Program-made: the position numbers and the translations under genes
DNA from: Mobula hypostoma
Taxonomy: Eukaryota
DNA: 64,000 nt
Assembly (NCBI RefSeq): GCF_963921235.1
Contig: NC_086097.1
Coordinates: 186,932,001 to 186,996,000, forward strand
Direction of reading: 5' to 3'
The notes under the pieces: generated by a model
What the model was told of the DNA's origin: nothing
What the model saw: the letters and a program-made list of their open reading frames with translations, nothing else
The model's database searches: none
Part shown: positions 1-13,489 of the stretch, piece after piece
Numbering within the stretch: the first letter of the stretch is position 1
How the letters are laid out: each line of letters begins with the position of its first letter

Positions 1-521
1 TGTGTGATATGTTGTGAACATAATATGAGAAGGCATTCTGGTAGAGGATTTGCAAATCAAATAAACAACAGTGCATTTGTTCCTCACCTCTCTGTCTCTC
101 GTGTACTATTCAAGACCACCCATCTTCCAGACACAGCTGCAACCTAACCAGAATTTTACAAAGTTGAAACATAACTTACTGGCTCTTGAACTCACTGCTT
201 TGACTAATAAAGGCAATTACAAAATCTATTTTCATAGTGGAGTTATAGGTTGAAGACTTCAGGTGCAAAGTTTTAGTCTTAGATCTGCCTGACACTCTCT
301 TTAAAATTAAATTGCCTCTTTGTGAGTGTTGAGGCAAAACTTTAAAATTACAAAATCATAAAAGTGCATTAAATGTGTCAGATATTCAGATATATAGAAT
401 TTATTTCTCAATATCTGCATCTGTTCATTAATTTTATATGTCTGAATTTGAGATGTGTAGAATTAATGATCCACCGATATGCAGATAACTTTCCTTCTAC
501 CTTCTCCCTCCAGGTTAGAAA

Positions 522-650
522 TCTGTCCTGAAGAAGGGTCCCGGCCAAAACATTGACTGTATATTCTTTTCTATAGGTACTGCCTGACCTGCTGAGTGCT
601 TCCAGCATTTTGTGTGCATTACTTTGGATTTCTAATATTTGCAGGCTCTT
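522..650 (+). repeat. Penelope-like element 3'/pLTR fragment with degenerate hammerhead motif
   Basis: ctgtc-CTGAAGA-agggtcccggcc-aaaacattgactg followed by 'tgcctgacctgctgagtgcttccagcattttgtgtg', the same tail that follows the GIY-YIG ORFs at 25.6 and 47.3 kb. Confidence 0.65.
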
Positions 651-2189
651 TTACATTTAAAGAAGATGCAAAGGCTTGAAACGCTCCATAAGACTCAAGG
701 ACAACTTCTATCCCATTGTAATATGACTCTTGAGTGAAACTCATGTATGATAAATTTAAATCATCATGCTCCTGGAACCTATATCCTGCATTCTGTTATT
801 GCTCTTCCCTTGTACTGCCTCAATGTACTTGTGTTTTGAAATGATTTGTAGAGATGACATATAAAGTTTTCCATTGTATCTCTCTATATTTAACAATAAT
901 AAGCAAATTAACAATGTTTTCCACTTTTCCAGGATGAGGATTGAGAGAATGTATTTTCCCGGTTGATATAAAATTAGTGGGTATATTTTCAGGTGAAGAG
1001 GTTGACTATTTGTGAAAGAAGGAGGAATTTCTTTTCTCACAAGTTCTGAATCAAGTCTCTGGATATTGAATCATTAAATATACTCAAGATTAAGATAAGC
1101 AGATCTTTGGAGTGTAATGGAATTAAGCATAAGAAAATAAAGTTGAGGTAAAGGATCAGATCAGCCATGATTATATTGAAAGTCACATTTGGTGGGAAGA
1201 ATCAGTGGTCTACTACCTTAACAGATGTCCTGGTGTCAAGTGGTCTGTGCAAGTTACATTCATGAGCTCCCACAGATTGCCTCCTTTGTGCAAAGTAGGA
1301 CTCCACTCAAAGAAATACTTTCTCTTTGTTGCCTGTTAACATCACTTTAACTCTTGTTCCAATGCTGTCTTCATGTCAAATGTAGACACTCTCACATTAC
1401 CTCTGAATTCTGCTCTTGGCTCCTTCGGTAGACTGCCTATACTTCTTACTGCCTCATCGGGCAACCAGAATAACCAAAGACCTCATCCACACACCCACTC
1501 GAGCAGAAGATACAGAAGCCTGAAAGCACGTATCATTCAATAAGGAAGTGCAGCTTCCACCCCGCTGTAATAAGACAGTAGAGTTTTTCCCTAGAACACT
1601 AAGATAGGCTCAAGCTTAATGGTCTACCTTGTTATGACCTTGCACCTTTTTGTTTACGTGCACTACGCTTTCTCTGTAGCTGTTACATTTTATTTTGTAT
1701 TCTGCTATTATTTTACCTTGTTCTATCTCAATACACAATGTAATGATTTGACCTGTATGATCAGTATACAGTGTAAGCTTTATACTGTATCTTCTGTGTA
1801 GAAGTCCCAGTGTCAGAGTGTGCAAAACTTGATCTGCAGTTAGGGAAACATTTTGCATCTAGTGATTATAATGCCATCAGTTTCAAGGTAATTATGGACA
1901 AGAATAAGTCAGATCCTTGGATTGAGACTCTAAATTGAAGAAAGGCCAACTTTGATAGTTTCAGAAAGGATCTGGCAAGTGTGGACTGGGATAGCTTGTT
2001 TTCTGCCAAAACGTGATAATAAATCGGAGGCCTTCAAAAGTTAATGGAACCTTGGTTTTCAACAGATATTGAGGCCCCAGCTAAGAAAAAAGGGGAGGTA
2101 CAGAGCAGGTATAGGCAGGCAGAAACAGATAAGTTATAAGAGAATGCAAGAGAACACTTAAGGAAAGTAGAAGGGCTAAAAGAAGACAT

Positions 2190-2815
2190 GTTAGCATTCA
2201 TTTCATGAGGTCTAGAATACAAGAGCAAGGATGTGATGCTGAGGCTTTATAATGCACTGGTGAGGACTCATCTTGAGTATTGTGAACAGTTTTGGACCCC
2301 TCATCTTAGAAAAGATGTGCTAGCATTGGAGAGGGTCCAGAGGAGGTTCACAAGGATGATTCCAGGAATGAAGGGGTTATCATACGAGGAATGTGTGATG
2401 GCTCTGGGTCTGTACTCACTGGAATTCAGAAGGATGAGGAGGGATCTCATGGAAACCTTTCAAATGTTGAAAGGCCTAGTCAGAGGATGTTTCCCATGGT
2501 GGGAGAGTCTAGGACAAGAAGGCACAGCCTCAGGATAGAGGGGCACCTTTTCAAAACAGAGTTGCAGAGAAATTTCTTTAGCCAAAGGGTGGTGAATTTG
2601 TGGAATTTGTTTCCACATGCAGCTGTGGAGGCCAGGTCGTTGGTGTATTTAAGGCAGAGATTGATAGGTTCTTGATTGGACATGGCATCAAAAGTTATGG
2701 GGAGAAGGCCAGGAACTGAGGTTGAGGAGGAAGGAAAAAAGGATCAGCTGTGATTGAATGGCAGAGCAGACTCGATTGGCCAGATGGCCTAATTCTGTGC
2801 CTATGTCTTATGGTC
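2190..2815 (+). mobile_element. 5'-truncated CR1 3' end nested in the older CR1
   Basis: ORFs 2233-2538 (LYNALVRTHLEYCEQFW...LERVQRRFTRMIPG) and 2391-2675 (RTRRHSL...FFSQRVVNLWN); ends in 'tcttatggtct' tail. Confidence 0.85.
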
Positions 2816-4416
2816 TAGCAGACAAGGAGAAGGAGAATCTTTATGGCTTGTATATTAAGAGCAACAGGATAGCAAGGGACAAAATTGGTCTCTGGAAGAT
2901 CAGACAGGTAATCTATGTGTGGAGCCGAAAGAGACTGGGAGTTCACAAAAGGATTCTATGCAACTGTGTATACCCGGGAGATTGGCACAGAGTCTATAGG
3001 TGTGAGGAAATTCAGCAGTGAGGTCATGGACCATATACAGATTACAGAGGAGGTGCTGTTTGCTGTCTTGCAGCAAATTAGGGTGATAAATTGCCGGGGC
3101 CTGACAAGGTGTTCCCTTGGACCCTGTGAAAGGCTAGTGCTAAAATTGCAGAAGTCCTGGCAGAGATATGTAAAACATCCTTAGCCACAGGTCGGGTGCT
3201 AGAGGGTACCAAATGTTGTTCTGTTGTTTAAGAAAAGCTCTAAGAATAAGCCAGAAAATTATAGGACGGCAAGCAGGACATCTGTTGTGGGAAAGTTATT
3301 ATAAGAAATTCTAAGGAAAGTTCAATTTAATGTCAGAGATATATATACAATATACATCCTGAAATGCTTTTTCTTCGCAAACATCCACGAGAAACAGAGA
3401 AGTGCCCCAAAGAATGAATGACAGTTAAATGTTAGAACCCCAAAGTCCATCCGCTCTGCTCCTCCCTCCCGCGCGTAAGCAGCAGCAAACAACAATCTTC
3501 CAGTATAAATATTTGGATAAACAGGGTCTGATTAGGGATAGTCAACATGGCTTTATACATGTTAAGTTGTGTTTAACCAATCTTAGATTTTTTTGAGGTT
3601 ATTACCAAGAAAGGTGATGAAAGCAAGGCAGTGGATGTTATCTACTTGAATTTTAGCAAGGCCTTTGACAGGGTTCTGTGTGGGAGATTGGTCAAGAAGA
3701 TTCATTCATATGGCATAAATTGGATTAGACATTGGCTTCGTAGAAAGAGCCAGGGAATGGTTGTAGATGGTTGCCTATCTGACTGGAGGCCTGTGAGTAG
3801 TGATGTGCTGCAGGGATTGGTGCTGGGTCCTTTGTTGTTTGTCATCTATATCAAAGATCTTAATGGTAATATGGTAAACTGGATCAGCAAATTTGTGAAT
3901 GACACTAAGATTGGGGGTGTAGTGGACAGCAAGGAAAACTGTCAGAGCTTATAGTGGGATCTGGGCCAGCTAGTGTAAAGGGCTGAAAAATGGAAGATAG
4001 AATTTAATGCAGAGAAGTGTGAGGTGTTGCACTTTGGAATGACCACCCAGGGCTGTTCTTACACTGTGCATGGTAAGGCATTGTGGTAGGGCACTGAGGA
4101 GTGCAGTAGAACAGAGGGATATGAGAATAGTGATCCATAATTTCTCAAAAGTGATGTCACGGGTAGATAGGGTCATAAAGAAAGCTTTTAGCACATTGGC
4201 CTTCATAAATCAATGTACTGAGTACAGGAGTTGGGATGTTATGTTGAAGTTGTATAAGATGTTGGTGAGGCCTAATTTGGAGTATTGTATGCAATTCTGG
4301 TCAACTACCATTAGAAAAAATGTAAATAAGATTGCTGAGAAAACTGACAAGAATATTGCTGGGACTTGAGGACCTGACTGATAGGGAAAGGTTGAATAGG
4401 TTGGGACTTTATTCCA

Positions 4417-4835
4417 TAAGACCAAAAGATATAGGAGCAGAAGTAGGCCATTCAGCCCATTGAGTCTGCTCCGCCATTCAATCATGGGTTGATCCAATTC
4501 TTCCAGTCATCTCCACTCCCCTGTCTTCTCCCCATACCCCTTTATGCCCTCGCTAATCAAGAACCTGTCTATCTCAGCCTTAAATGCACCCAATGACTTG
4601 GCCTCCACAGCCACGCTTAGCAACAAATTCCACATATTCATCACCCTCTGACTAAAGTAATTTCTCTGCATCTCCGTTCTAAATGTATGTCCTTCAATCC
4701 TGAAGTCGTGCCCTCTTGTCCTAGACTCCCCTACCATGGGAAACAACTTTGTCATATCTAATCAGTTCTGGCCTTTTAACATTCGGAATGTTTCTATGAG
4801 ATCCCACCGCCATTCTCCCGAACTCAAAGGAATAC
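4417..4835 (-). mobile_element. CR1 3' end fragment
   Basis: ORF 4507-4755 (GESRTRGHDFRIEG...FSQRVMNMWN) plus CR1 3' UTR and tail. Confidence 0.85.
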
Positions 4836-4857
4836 ATTATTGAGGAGAGATTTATAG

Positions 4858-7800
4858 TAGTAGTCATACTTAATTGATCCTGGGGGAAATTGGTTTTCGT
4901 TACAGTTGCACCATAAATAATTAAATAGTAATAAAACCATAAATAGTTAAATAGTAATATGTAAATTATGCCAGGAAATAAGTTCAGGACCAGCCTATTG
5001 GCTCAGGGTGTCTGACCCTCCAAGGGAGGAGCTGTAAAATTTATGGCCATAGGCAGGAATGACTTCCTATGACGCTCTGTGTTGCATCTCGGTGGAATGA
5101 GTCTCTGGCTGAATGTACTCCTGTGCCCAACTAGTACATTGTCCAAGATGGCATGCAACTTGGACAGCATCCTCTTCAGTCACCACCGTCAGAGAGTCCA
5201 GTTCCATCCCCACAACATCACTGGCCTTATGAATGAGTTTGTTGATTCTGTTGGTGTCTGCTACCCTCAGCCTGCTGCCCCAGCACACAACAGCAAACAT
5301 GATCGCATTGGCCACCACAGACTCTTAGAACATCCTCAGCATCATCCGGCAGCTGTTAAAGGACCTGTCTCCTCAGGAAATAGAGATGGCTCTGACCCTT
5401 CTTGTAGACAGCCTCAGTGTTCTTTGACCAGTCCAGTTTATTGTCAATTCGTATCCCCAGGTATTTGTAATCCTCCACCATGTCCACACTGACCCCCTGG
5501 ATGGAAACAGGGGTCACCGGTACCTTAGCTCTCCTCAGGTCTACCACCAGCTCCTTAGTCTTTTTCACATTAAGCTGCAGATAATTCTGCTCACACCATG
5601 TGACAAAGTTTCCTACCGTAGCCCTGTACTCAACCTCATCTCCCTTGCTGATGCATCCAACTATGGCAGAGTCATCAGAAAACTTCTGAAGATAACAAGA
5701 CTCTGTGCAGTAGTTGAAGTCTGAGGTGTAAATAGTGAAGAGAAAGGGAGACAAGACAGTCCCCTGTGGAGCCCCAGTGCTGCTGATCACTCTGTTGGAC
5801 ACACAGTGTTGCAAGCACACGTACTGTGGTCTGCCAGTCAGGTAATCAAGAATCCATGACACCAGGAGAGCATCCACCTGCATCGCTGTCAGCTTCTCCC
5901 CCAGCAGAGCAGGGCGGATGGTGTTGAACGCACTGGAGAAGTCAAAAAACATGACCCTCACAGTGCTCGCTGGCTTGTCCAGGTGGGCGTAGACACGGTT
6001 CAGCAGGTAGACGATGGCATCCTCTTCTCCTAGTCGGGGCTGGTAGACGAACTGGAGGGGATCTAAGTGTGGCCTGACCATAGGCCGGAGCAGCTCCAGA
6101 ACAAGTCTCTCCAGGGTCTTCATGATGTGGGAGGTCAATGCCACCGGTCTGTAGTCATTGAGGCCGCTGGGGCGTGGCGTCTTCGGCACAGGGACGAGGC
6201 AGGATGTCTTCCACAGCACAGGAACCCTCTGGAGCCTCAGGCTCAGGTTGAAGACATGGCAAAGTACTCCACATAGCTGAGGGGCATAGGCTTTGAGCAC
6301 CCTGGTACTGACACCATCCAGTCCTGCAGCCTTGCTTGGGTTGAAACGTTTCAGTTGTCTTCTCACCTGTTCAGCTGTGAAGCCTACCATGGTGGTTTCG
6401 TGTGGGGAAGGGGTATAGTCATGAGAGCAGGGTGGGGGACTGTGAGGAGGGGTAGGAGGGGAGAGTGGAATATGTGTTGGTTAGGGGCCGACAACAGATG
6501 ACTCATGTGGGGGATGGGCAGGGGCCACAATGTCTAATCTGTTAAAGAACAGGTTAAGTTCATTGGCCCTGTCCACACTGCCTTCAGCTCCTCTATTGCT
6601 AGTTTGCTGGAACCCAGTGATGGTCCTCATCCCCCTCCAGACCTCTCTCATGTTGTTCTGCTGTAGTTTCCACTGAAGCTTCCTCCTGTATCTGTCTTTA
6701 GCTTCCCTGATCCTGGCTTTCAGGTCCCTCTGTATTGCCCTCAGCTCCTTCCTATTTCTATCTCTAAATGCCCTCTTTTTAGCGTTCAGGATGTCCTTAA
6801 TGTCCTTTGTCACCCATGGCTTGTTATTTGAATGACAAAGGACTGTTCTTGCCGGAACATTGCAGTCCACACAGAAGTTGATGTAATCAGTGATGCATTC
6901 TGTGAGCCCATCAATATTCTCTCCATGTGGCTCACAGAGTGCCTGCCAGTCTGTCACCCCCAAACAACCCTGGAGTGCCTCATAAGCCTCCTCCAACCAT
7001 TTCCTCACTGTCCTCGAGGTTGCAGGTTTACTCTTCACCAGAGGCACGTAGCAGGGTTTTAGATGCACCAGGTTGTGATCTGACCTTCCCAATGGGGAGA
7101 GGGGAGAGGAGCTGTGTGCATCCTTAATGTTAGCGTACATCAAATCCAGAGTCCTCTCTCCTCTGGTTATACAGCTCACATACTGCGTGAAGTTGGGCAG
7201 TGTTCTAGCCAGGGTAACATGGTTGAAGTCACCCGAGATGGTAACGAGGGCACTCGGGTGCTGGGTTTGTAATCTGGCTATGATGGTGTAAATGATGTTA
7301 CACGCCGACCAACCACAATTGCATGCGAGATTTCCCTTGGCAAATAATATGGCCGGAGTCCAACAGCAAAAAATTCAATATCCGGGCTACAGACATGTTC
7401 CTTGATCATAATATGACCAGGATTGCACCATCTGTTATTTACCAGAACCGCAAGCCCCACTCCTTTACACTTACCGCTCTCAGTGCAATTCCGGTCAGCT
7501 TGAACGGTCTGGAAGCCCTCTGTGGAAACATTTTGATCGGGTATGTCCTCGTGCTGCCACGTTTCAGTAAAACACATGACACTGCTCTCCCGAAATGTTC
7601 TCTGACTCCTGAGAAGCACCGTCAATTCGTCCATTTTATTACCCAGCGATCTCACATTGCCCATGATGAGAGAGGGGAGGCACGGCTTATAACTTCTCTT
7701 CTCCATAATCCTCTGTTGTCTCGACCCGGTCCTCTTCCCTCTCCTTTTTGATCCCCCTCTGCATCCTCTGTGTGTTTTCCTCCAGATTTCAGCCAGGGTG

Positions 7801-8078
7801 TCTGCCACTCTGTTCGCTAAACTGGCCGGCATAAGCGCAATCAGCTGGTCCCTGGGGTCTGGAATAAACAGTGTGGCCATCCTGCTGCCACGCTAATGAG
7901 ACGTGTCCGAATGTAACTATTTCCAGCGCTAAAAAACCAAATAAGACTCTCTCTACCAGCATGTTAGACAGGGTGCAGCTTCAACGTGTTACCGTGAGAA
8001 AAAAATACAACAAATAACCTAAGTTAAAAAGTTTAAAAAATAAGAATCTTGACGGAGCCACTGTAGCAGGCTGCATGC
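4858..8078 (-). mobile_element. Apparently full-length Rex1/Babar-clade LINE (APE endonuclease + RT), frameshifted
   Basis: ORFs 7278-7880 (GNVRSLGNKMDEL, FTETW), 6481-7179 (TLDL...GRSDHNLV), 5356-6390 (DYRPVALTS, FFDFSSAFNTI, GAPQGTVLSP, FSDD) and 5067-5318; (CTA)n-type tail; ATAG duplicated at 4854-4857 and 8079-8082. Confidence 0.88.
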
Positions 8079-8698
8079 ATAGAGGTATACAAAATTATGA
8101 AGTGTATAGGCAGGGTAAATGAAAGCAAGCTTTTTCCAACTGAGATTAGGTGTGGCTATAAATAGAGGTCTTGGGCTAAAGGTGAAAGGGGAACATGAGG
8201 GAGATCTTCTTCTCTCAGGGAGTGCTGAGAGTGTGTAATGAGCAAGTGGTGGATACAGGGTCAATTTCATCATTCAAGAGAAATTTGGATAAGTACCTGG
8301 ATGAGAGTAGGATGGAGGGATAGAGTCTGAATGCAGATTGTTGGTACTAATTAGGTTAATGGTTCAGCACAGATTAGATGGGCCGAAGGACCTGTTTCTG
8401 TGCTGTAGTATTCTCTAACTCTAAAAGTGGTGGTGGTGGCATTCTAAGATGAAGATAAACACAGCAGATACTCAACAGGTCAGGCATCTTTTATTGTTAA
8501 GAAACTGTTAGGCGTTCAAGGCAGTGACCTTTTATCAAGCTTAGCCCATCTTTGCAATATTCAGACTCAACATGTGCACAATCTCAGTATTAATCATAAA
8601 GTGATTTCCTTCTCTTCAAACAGATGATTTACTTATGTGATCATAAAAGTTTTAACATGTTTGTTTAACTGTGGTTAGTCATGGTTATGATTGTTAAG

Positions 8699-8856
8699 AT
8701 TGCAGGCTTTGGACTTTCAAAATAGTGGCGTTTAACCACGAGTAAATCCTCAGGCATTAAATCCCCCACAGCCGGTGGGACAGTTATCTACATGGCCCCC
8801 GAGCAGTATGAGCCAAACAAAGTGAAGCGTGCAGACGTAAGACATGACATGTACAG
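8699..8856 (+). pseudogene. ripk2: Orphan disabled exon homologous to the RIPK2 kinase activation-loop exon (subdomains VII-IX)
   Basis: Manual translation IAGFGLSK*WRLTTSKSSGIKSPTAGGTVIYMAPEQYEPNKVKRADVRHDMY aligns without gaps to recalled human RIPK2 [52 protein letters not shown]; AG precedes 8699; TAG at 8723-8725; DFG changed to GFG; GA instead of GT after 8856. Confidence 0.82.
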
Positions 8857-8909
8857 GAAAATGGAACGAAAGGCATTTGGATAGTTTCTTAACATCATTT
8901 GCATAAAAT

Positions 8910-11900
8910 AATCATATAACCATATAACAATTACAGCATGGAAACAGGCCATCTCAGTCCTTCTTGTCCATGCTAAACGCTTACCCTCACCTAGTCCCAC
9001 CAACCTGCACTCAGCCCATAACCCTCCATTCATTTCCTGTCCATATAGCTATCCAATTTCACTTTAAATGACAACATTGAACCTGCGTCAATCACTTCTG
9101 TTGGAAGCTCGTTCCACACAGCTACCACTCTCTGAGTAAAGAGCTCCCCTTCATGTTACCCTTAAACTTTTGCCCTTTAACTCTCAACTCATGTCCTCTT
9201 GTTTGAATCTCCCCCACTCTCAATGGAAGAAGCCTATCCACGTCAACTCTATTTATCCCCCTCATAATTTTAAATACCTCTATCAAGTCCCCCCTCAACC
9301 TTCTACACTCCAAAGAATAAAGACCCAACTTGTTCAACCTTTCTCTGTAACTTAGGTGATGAAACCAGGTAACATTCTAGTAAATCTTCTCTGTACTCTC
9401 TCTATTTTGTTGACATCTTTCCTATAATTCGATGACTAGAACTGTTAACAATACTCCAAATTCGGCCTTACCAATACCTTGTACAATTTCAACATTACAT
9501 CCCAACTCCTATACTCAATGCTCTGATTTATAAAGGTCAGCATACCAAAAGCTTTCTTCACCACCCTATCCACATGAGATTCCACCTTCAGGGAACTATG
9601 CACCATTATTCCTAGAACCCTCTGTTCTACTATATTCTTCAATGCCCTACCGTTTACCATGTATGTCCTATTTTGATTAGTCCTACCAAAATGTAGCACC
9701 TCACATTTATCAGCATTAAACTCCATCTGCCATCTTTCAGCCCACTCTTCTAACTGGCCTAAATCTCTCTGCAAGCTTTGAAAACCTATTTCATTATCCA
9801 CAACTTCACTTATCTGCATACTTACTAATCCAATTTACCACCCCATCATCCAGATCATTAATGTTAATGACAAACAACATTGGACCCAGTAGAGATCCTT
9901 GAGGCACACCACTGGTCACCGGCCTCCAATCTGACAAACAGTTATCCACCACTACTCTCTGGTGTCTCCCATACAGCCACTGCTGAATCCATTTTACTAC
10001 TTCAATATTAATACCTAACGATTGAACCTTCCTAACTAACCTTCCATGTGGAACCTTGTTAAAGGCCTTACTGAAGTCCATATAGACAACATCCACTGCT
10101 TTACCCTCGTCAACTTTCCTAGTAACCTCTTCAAAAAATTCAATAAGATTTGTCAAACATGACCTTCCATGCACAAATCCATGTTGACTGTTTCTAATCA
10201 GACCCTGTCTATCCAGATAATTATATATAGCATCTCTAAGAATACTTTCCATCAATTTACCTACCTATCAAACTCTCAGGTCGATAATTGCTAGGTTTAC
10301 TCTTAGAACCCTTTTTATACAATGGAACAGCATGAGCAATATGCCAATCCTCTGGCACCATCCCCATTTCTAATGACATTTGAAATATTTCTGTCAGAGC
10401 CCCTGCTATTTCCACACTAACTTCCTTCAAGGTCCAAGGGAATATCCTGTCAGGACCTGGAGACTTATCCACTTTTATATCCTCTTCTTTAATCATCGTA
10501 GTTACCATAACTACCTTACTTGTTTCCCTCACCTTACACAATTCAATATCCTTCTCCTTAGTGAATACCATAGAAAAGAAATTGTTCAGAATCTCCCCCA
10601 TCTCTTTTGGCTCCACACATAGCTGTCCACTTTTATATTCCTTAAAAGCGCCAGTACTTCCTCTTCTTTAATCACCATAGTTTCCGTAACTTCCCTCCCT
10701 GTTTCCCTTACCTTACACAATTCAATATCCTTCTCCTTAGTGAATATCGAAGAAAAGAAATTGTTCAGAATCTCCCCCATCTCTTTTGGCTCCACACATA
10801 GCTGTCCACTCTGATTCTCTAAGGAACCAATTTTATCCCTCACTATCCTTTTGCTATTAATATAACTGTAGAAACCCTTTGGATTTATTTTCACCTTACT
10901 TGCCAAAGCAACCTCATATCTTCCTTTAGCTTTTCTAATTTCTTTCTCAAGATTCTTTTTACATTCTTTATATTCCTCGAGCACCTCATTTACTCCATGC
11001 TGCCTATTGTAGGTATCTCTCTTTTCCTGAACCAAGTTTCCAATATCCCTTGAAAACCATGGCTCTCTCAAACCTTTAACCTTTCCTTTCAACCTAACAG
11101 GAACATAAAGATTCTGTACCCTCAAAATTTCACCTTTAAATGACCTCCATTTCTCTATTACATCCTTCCCATTAAATAAATTGTCCCAATCTACTCTTTC
11201 TAAATCCTTTCACATCTCCTCAAAGTTAGCCTTTCTCCAATCAAAAGTCTCAACCCTGGGTCCAGACCTATCCATCTCCATAATTATATTGAAACTAATG
11301 GTATTGTGATCACTGGACCCAAAGTGCTCCCCAACACAAACCTCTGTTACCTGACCTATCTCATTCCCTAACAGGAGATCCAACACTGCCCCTTCTCTAG
11401 TTGGTACCTCTATGTATTCCTGCAAAAAACTATCCTGCACACATTTTACAAACTCCAAACCATCCAGCCCTTTTACAGTATGGGCTTCCCAGTCTATGTG
11501 TGGAAAATTAAAATCTCCCACAATCACAACTTTGTACTTCCTGCAAATATCTGCTATCTCCTTACAAATTTGCTCCAACAATTCTCGCTCCCCATTTGGT
11601 GATCTATAATACACCCCTATAAGTGTTACTACACCTTTCCCATTTCTCAATTCCACCCAAGTAGCCTCCCTAGACGAGCCCTCTAATCTATCCTGCCAGA
11701 GCACCGCTGTAATATTTTTTCTGACAAGTAATACAACACCTCCCCCTCTTGTCCCTCAGATTCTATCACACCTGAAGCAATGAAATCCAGGAATATTTAG
11801 TTGCCAATCACACCCCTCCTGTAACCATGTTTCACTAATAGCTACCACATCATACTTCCAGGTATCAATCCATGCTTTGAGCTCCTCCACCTTTCTTATA

Positions 11901-12682
11901 ATGCTCCTAGCATTAAAATAAATGCATTTAAGACATTTTCTACCTCTTACTCTCTGCTTATCACTAACGGTGCAAACAACTTCACTATTTTCTTTTTCTT
12001 CCTTTTCCACTACATCTGTTCCTACACTCTGGTTCCCCTCCCCCCTTGTATCTAGTTTAAATCCACTGGAGCCTCTCTAGCAAATCTACTTGCAAGAATA
12101 TTTGTCCCCCTCTAGTTCAGATGTAAACTGTCCCAATGGAACAGGTCCCACCTTCCCTGGAAAACTGCCCAATTATCTATAAATCTGAAGCCATCCCTCC
12201 TGCACCATGTCTTCAGCCACATTTTGATCTGCACTATCTTACTATTTTTAAACCCACCTACACGTGGCACTGGTAGCAATCCTGAGATTGCTATCCTGGA
12301 GGTCCTGTCCTTTAACTTGGTGCCTAACTCCCTAGGCTCACCTTTCAGGACCTCCTCACTCTTCCTACCCACATCATTGGTCCCTACATGGACCATGACA
12401 TCCGGCTGCTTACCCTCCCTCTTGAGAATACTGAGAACTTGATCCGAGATATCGCGGACGTTGGCACCAGGGAGGCAACGGACCATCCGGGATTCTCGAT
12501 CTCTTCCACAGAACCTCTTATCTGTCCCCCTAACTATCGAATCCCCTATCACTACTGCTCTCCTCTTGTCTCTCCTTCCCTTCTGAGCTGAGGGTCCCGT
12601 CTCGGTGCCAGAGACGCAACCACTGCAACTTGTCCCTGGTAGGTCATCCCCATCAACAGTATCCAAAACAATGTACTTATTA
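8910..12682 (-). mobile_element. Near full-length CR1 LINE (ORF1 esterase part + complete but disrupted ORF2)
   Basis: ORF 12112-12702 SGNH esterase (VIGDSIVRG, HVGTND, DSLHLN); 11756-12010 and 11210-11704 APE (FNARSI, ISETW, GDFN, SSDHN); 9806-10255 RT ([17 protein letters not shown]); microsatellite tail at about 8910. Confidence 0.92.
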
Positions 12683-12879
12683 TTGTTGTTAATAACAAGC
12701 AATGAAATTTGATAAATTTGACATATTTTGCCTCAGTTAAGAAATCAGTCCAATTATTTACTGTGTGCAGTTTTGCAAGGTTGTATGTAACTATTTTTGT
12801 GCCAGAGCTGTACCCTGTATTCTAAGGTGTTTCTATTTTCATAAAGAATTTACAGATACTGTATATAAAATGCTTTGGG

Positions 12880-13187
12880 CAAGGGGAGAAAAAAACCAGA
12901 GGACATGGGTTAAGGGTGAGGGGGGAAAAGTTTAAAGGGAACATTGCGGGGGGCTTCTTCACACAGAGAGTGGTGGGAGTATGGAATGAGCTGCCAGACG
13001 AGGTGGTAAATGTGGATTCTTTTTTAACATTTAAGAATAAATTGGACAGATACACGGATGGGAGGTGTATGGTGGGATATGGTCCGTGTGCTGGTCAGTG
13101 GGACTAGGCAGAAGATGGTTCAGCACAGCCAAGAAGGGCCAAAAGGCCTGTTTCTGTGCTGTAGTTTCTATAGTTCTATGGTTCTAT
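12880..13187 (+). mobile_element. CR1 3' end
   Basis: ORF 12916-13107 (GFFTQRVVGVWNELP) and 'ttctatggttcta' tail. Confidence 0.8.
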
Positions 13188-13489
13188 ATTGTCAACAATT
13201 CACATATTCAACTATTTGAAATGCTAAATGAGTACTTTGAATCAGTGTTTACCAAGTAGAAGGATTAGGAAGATAGTAAAAGCTGAGTGGGGCATGCTAA
13301 TGTGCTGGGACATTTTGAGATTGATGAGGTAATGCTTAGAATTCAGAAAAACATTGTTGGCTAAGGTTCCAGGGCCTAATGTCATATATCCTAAAACAAT
13401 GGAAGAAATATGTGAAGCGATCACTGAGGCTTTGTTCAAGATCTTTGTCCCATCAATAGTCACAGGTGAAATGAGAGAAGCCCAGACGA

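Larger units (their letters stand above)
1801..8423 (+). mobile_element. Old, fragmented CR1 LINE ORF2 (about 1801-2190, 2816-3318, 3500-4416, 4838-4857, 8079-8423) hosting several later insertions
   Basis: ORF pieces 3631-3954 (DVIYLNFSKAFD...QGLVLGPLLF...KFVNDTK) and 4070-4369 (LVRPNLEYCMQFWS); the RxDL/IEVYKIM-coding stretch resumes at 8079 after the Rex insertion. Confidence 0.8.

Noticed and set aside
8450..8910. RIPK2-like exon as a 3' transduction of the adjacent CR1
   Set aside because: No second CR1-type tail or TSD found beyond the exon; adjacency alone is insufficient
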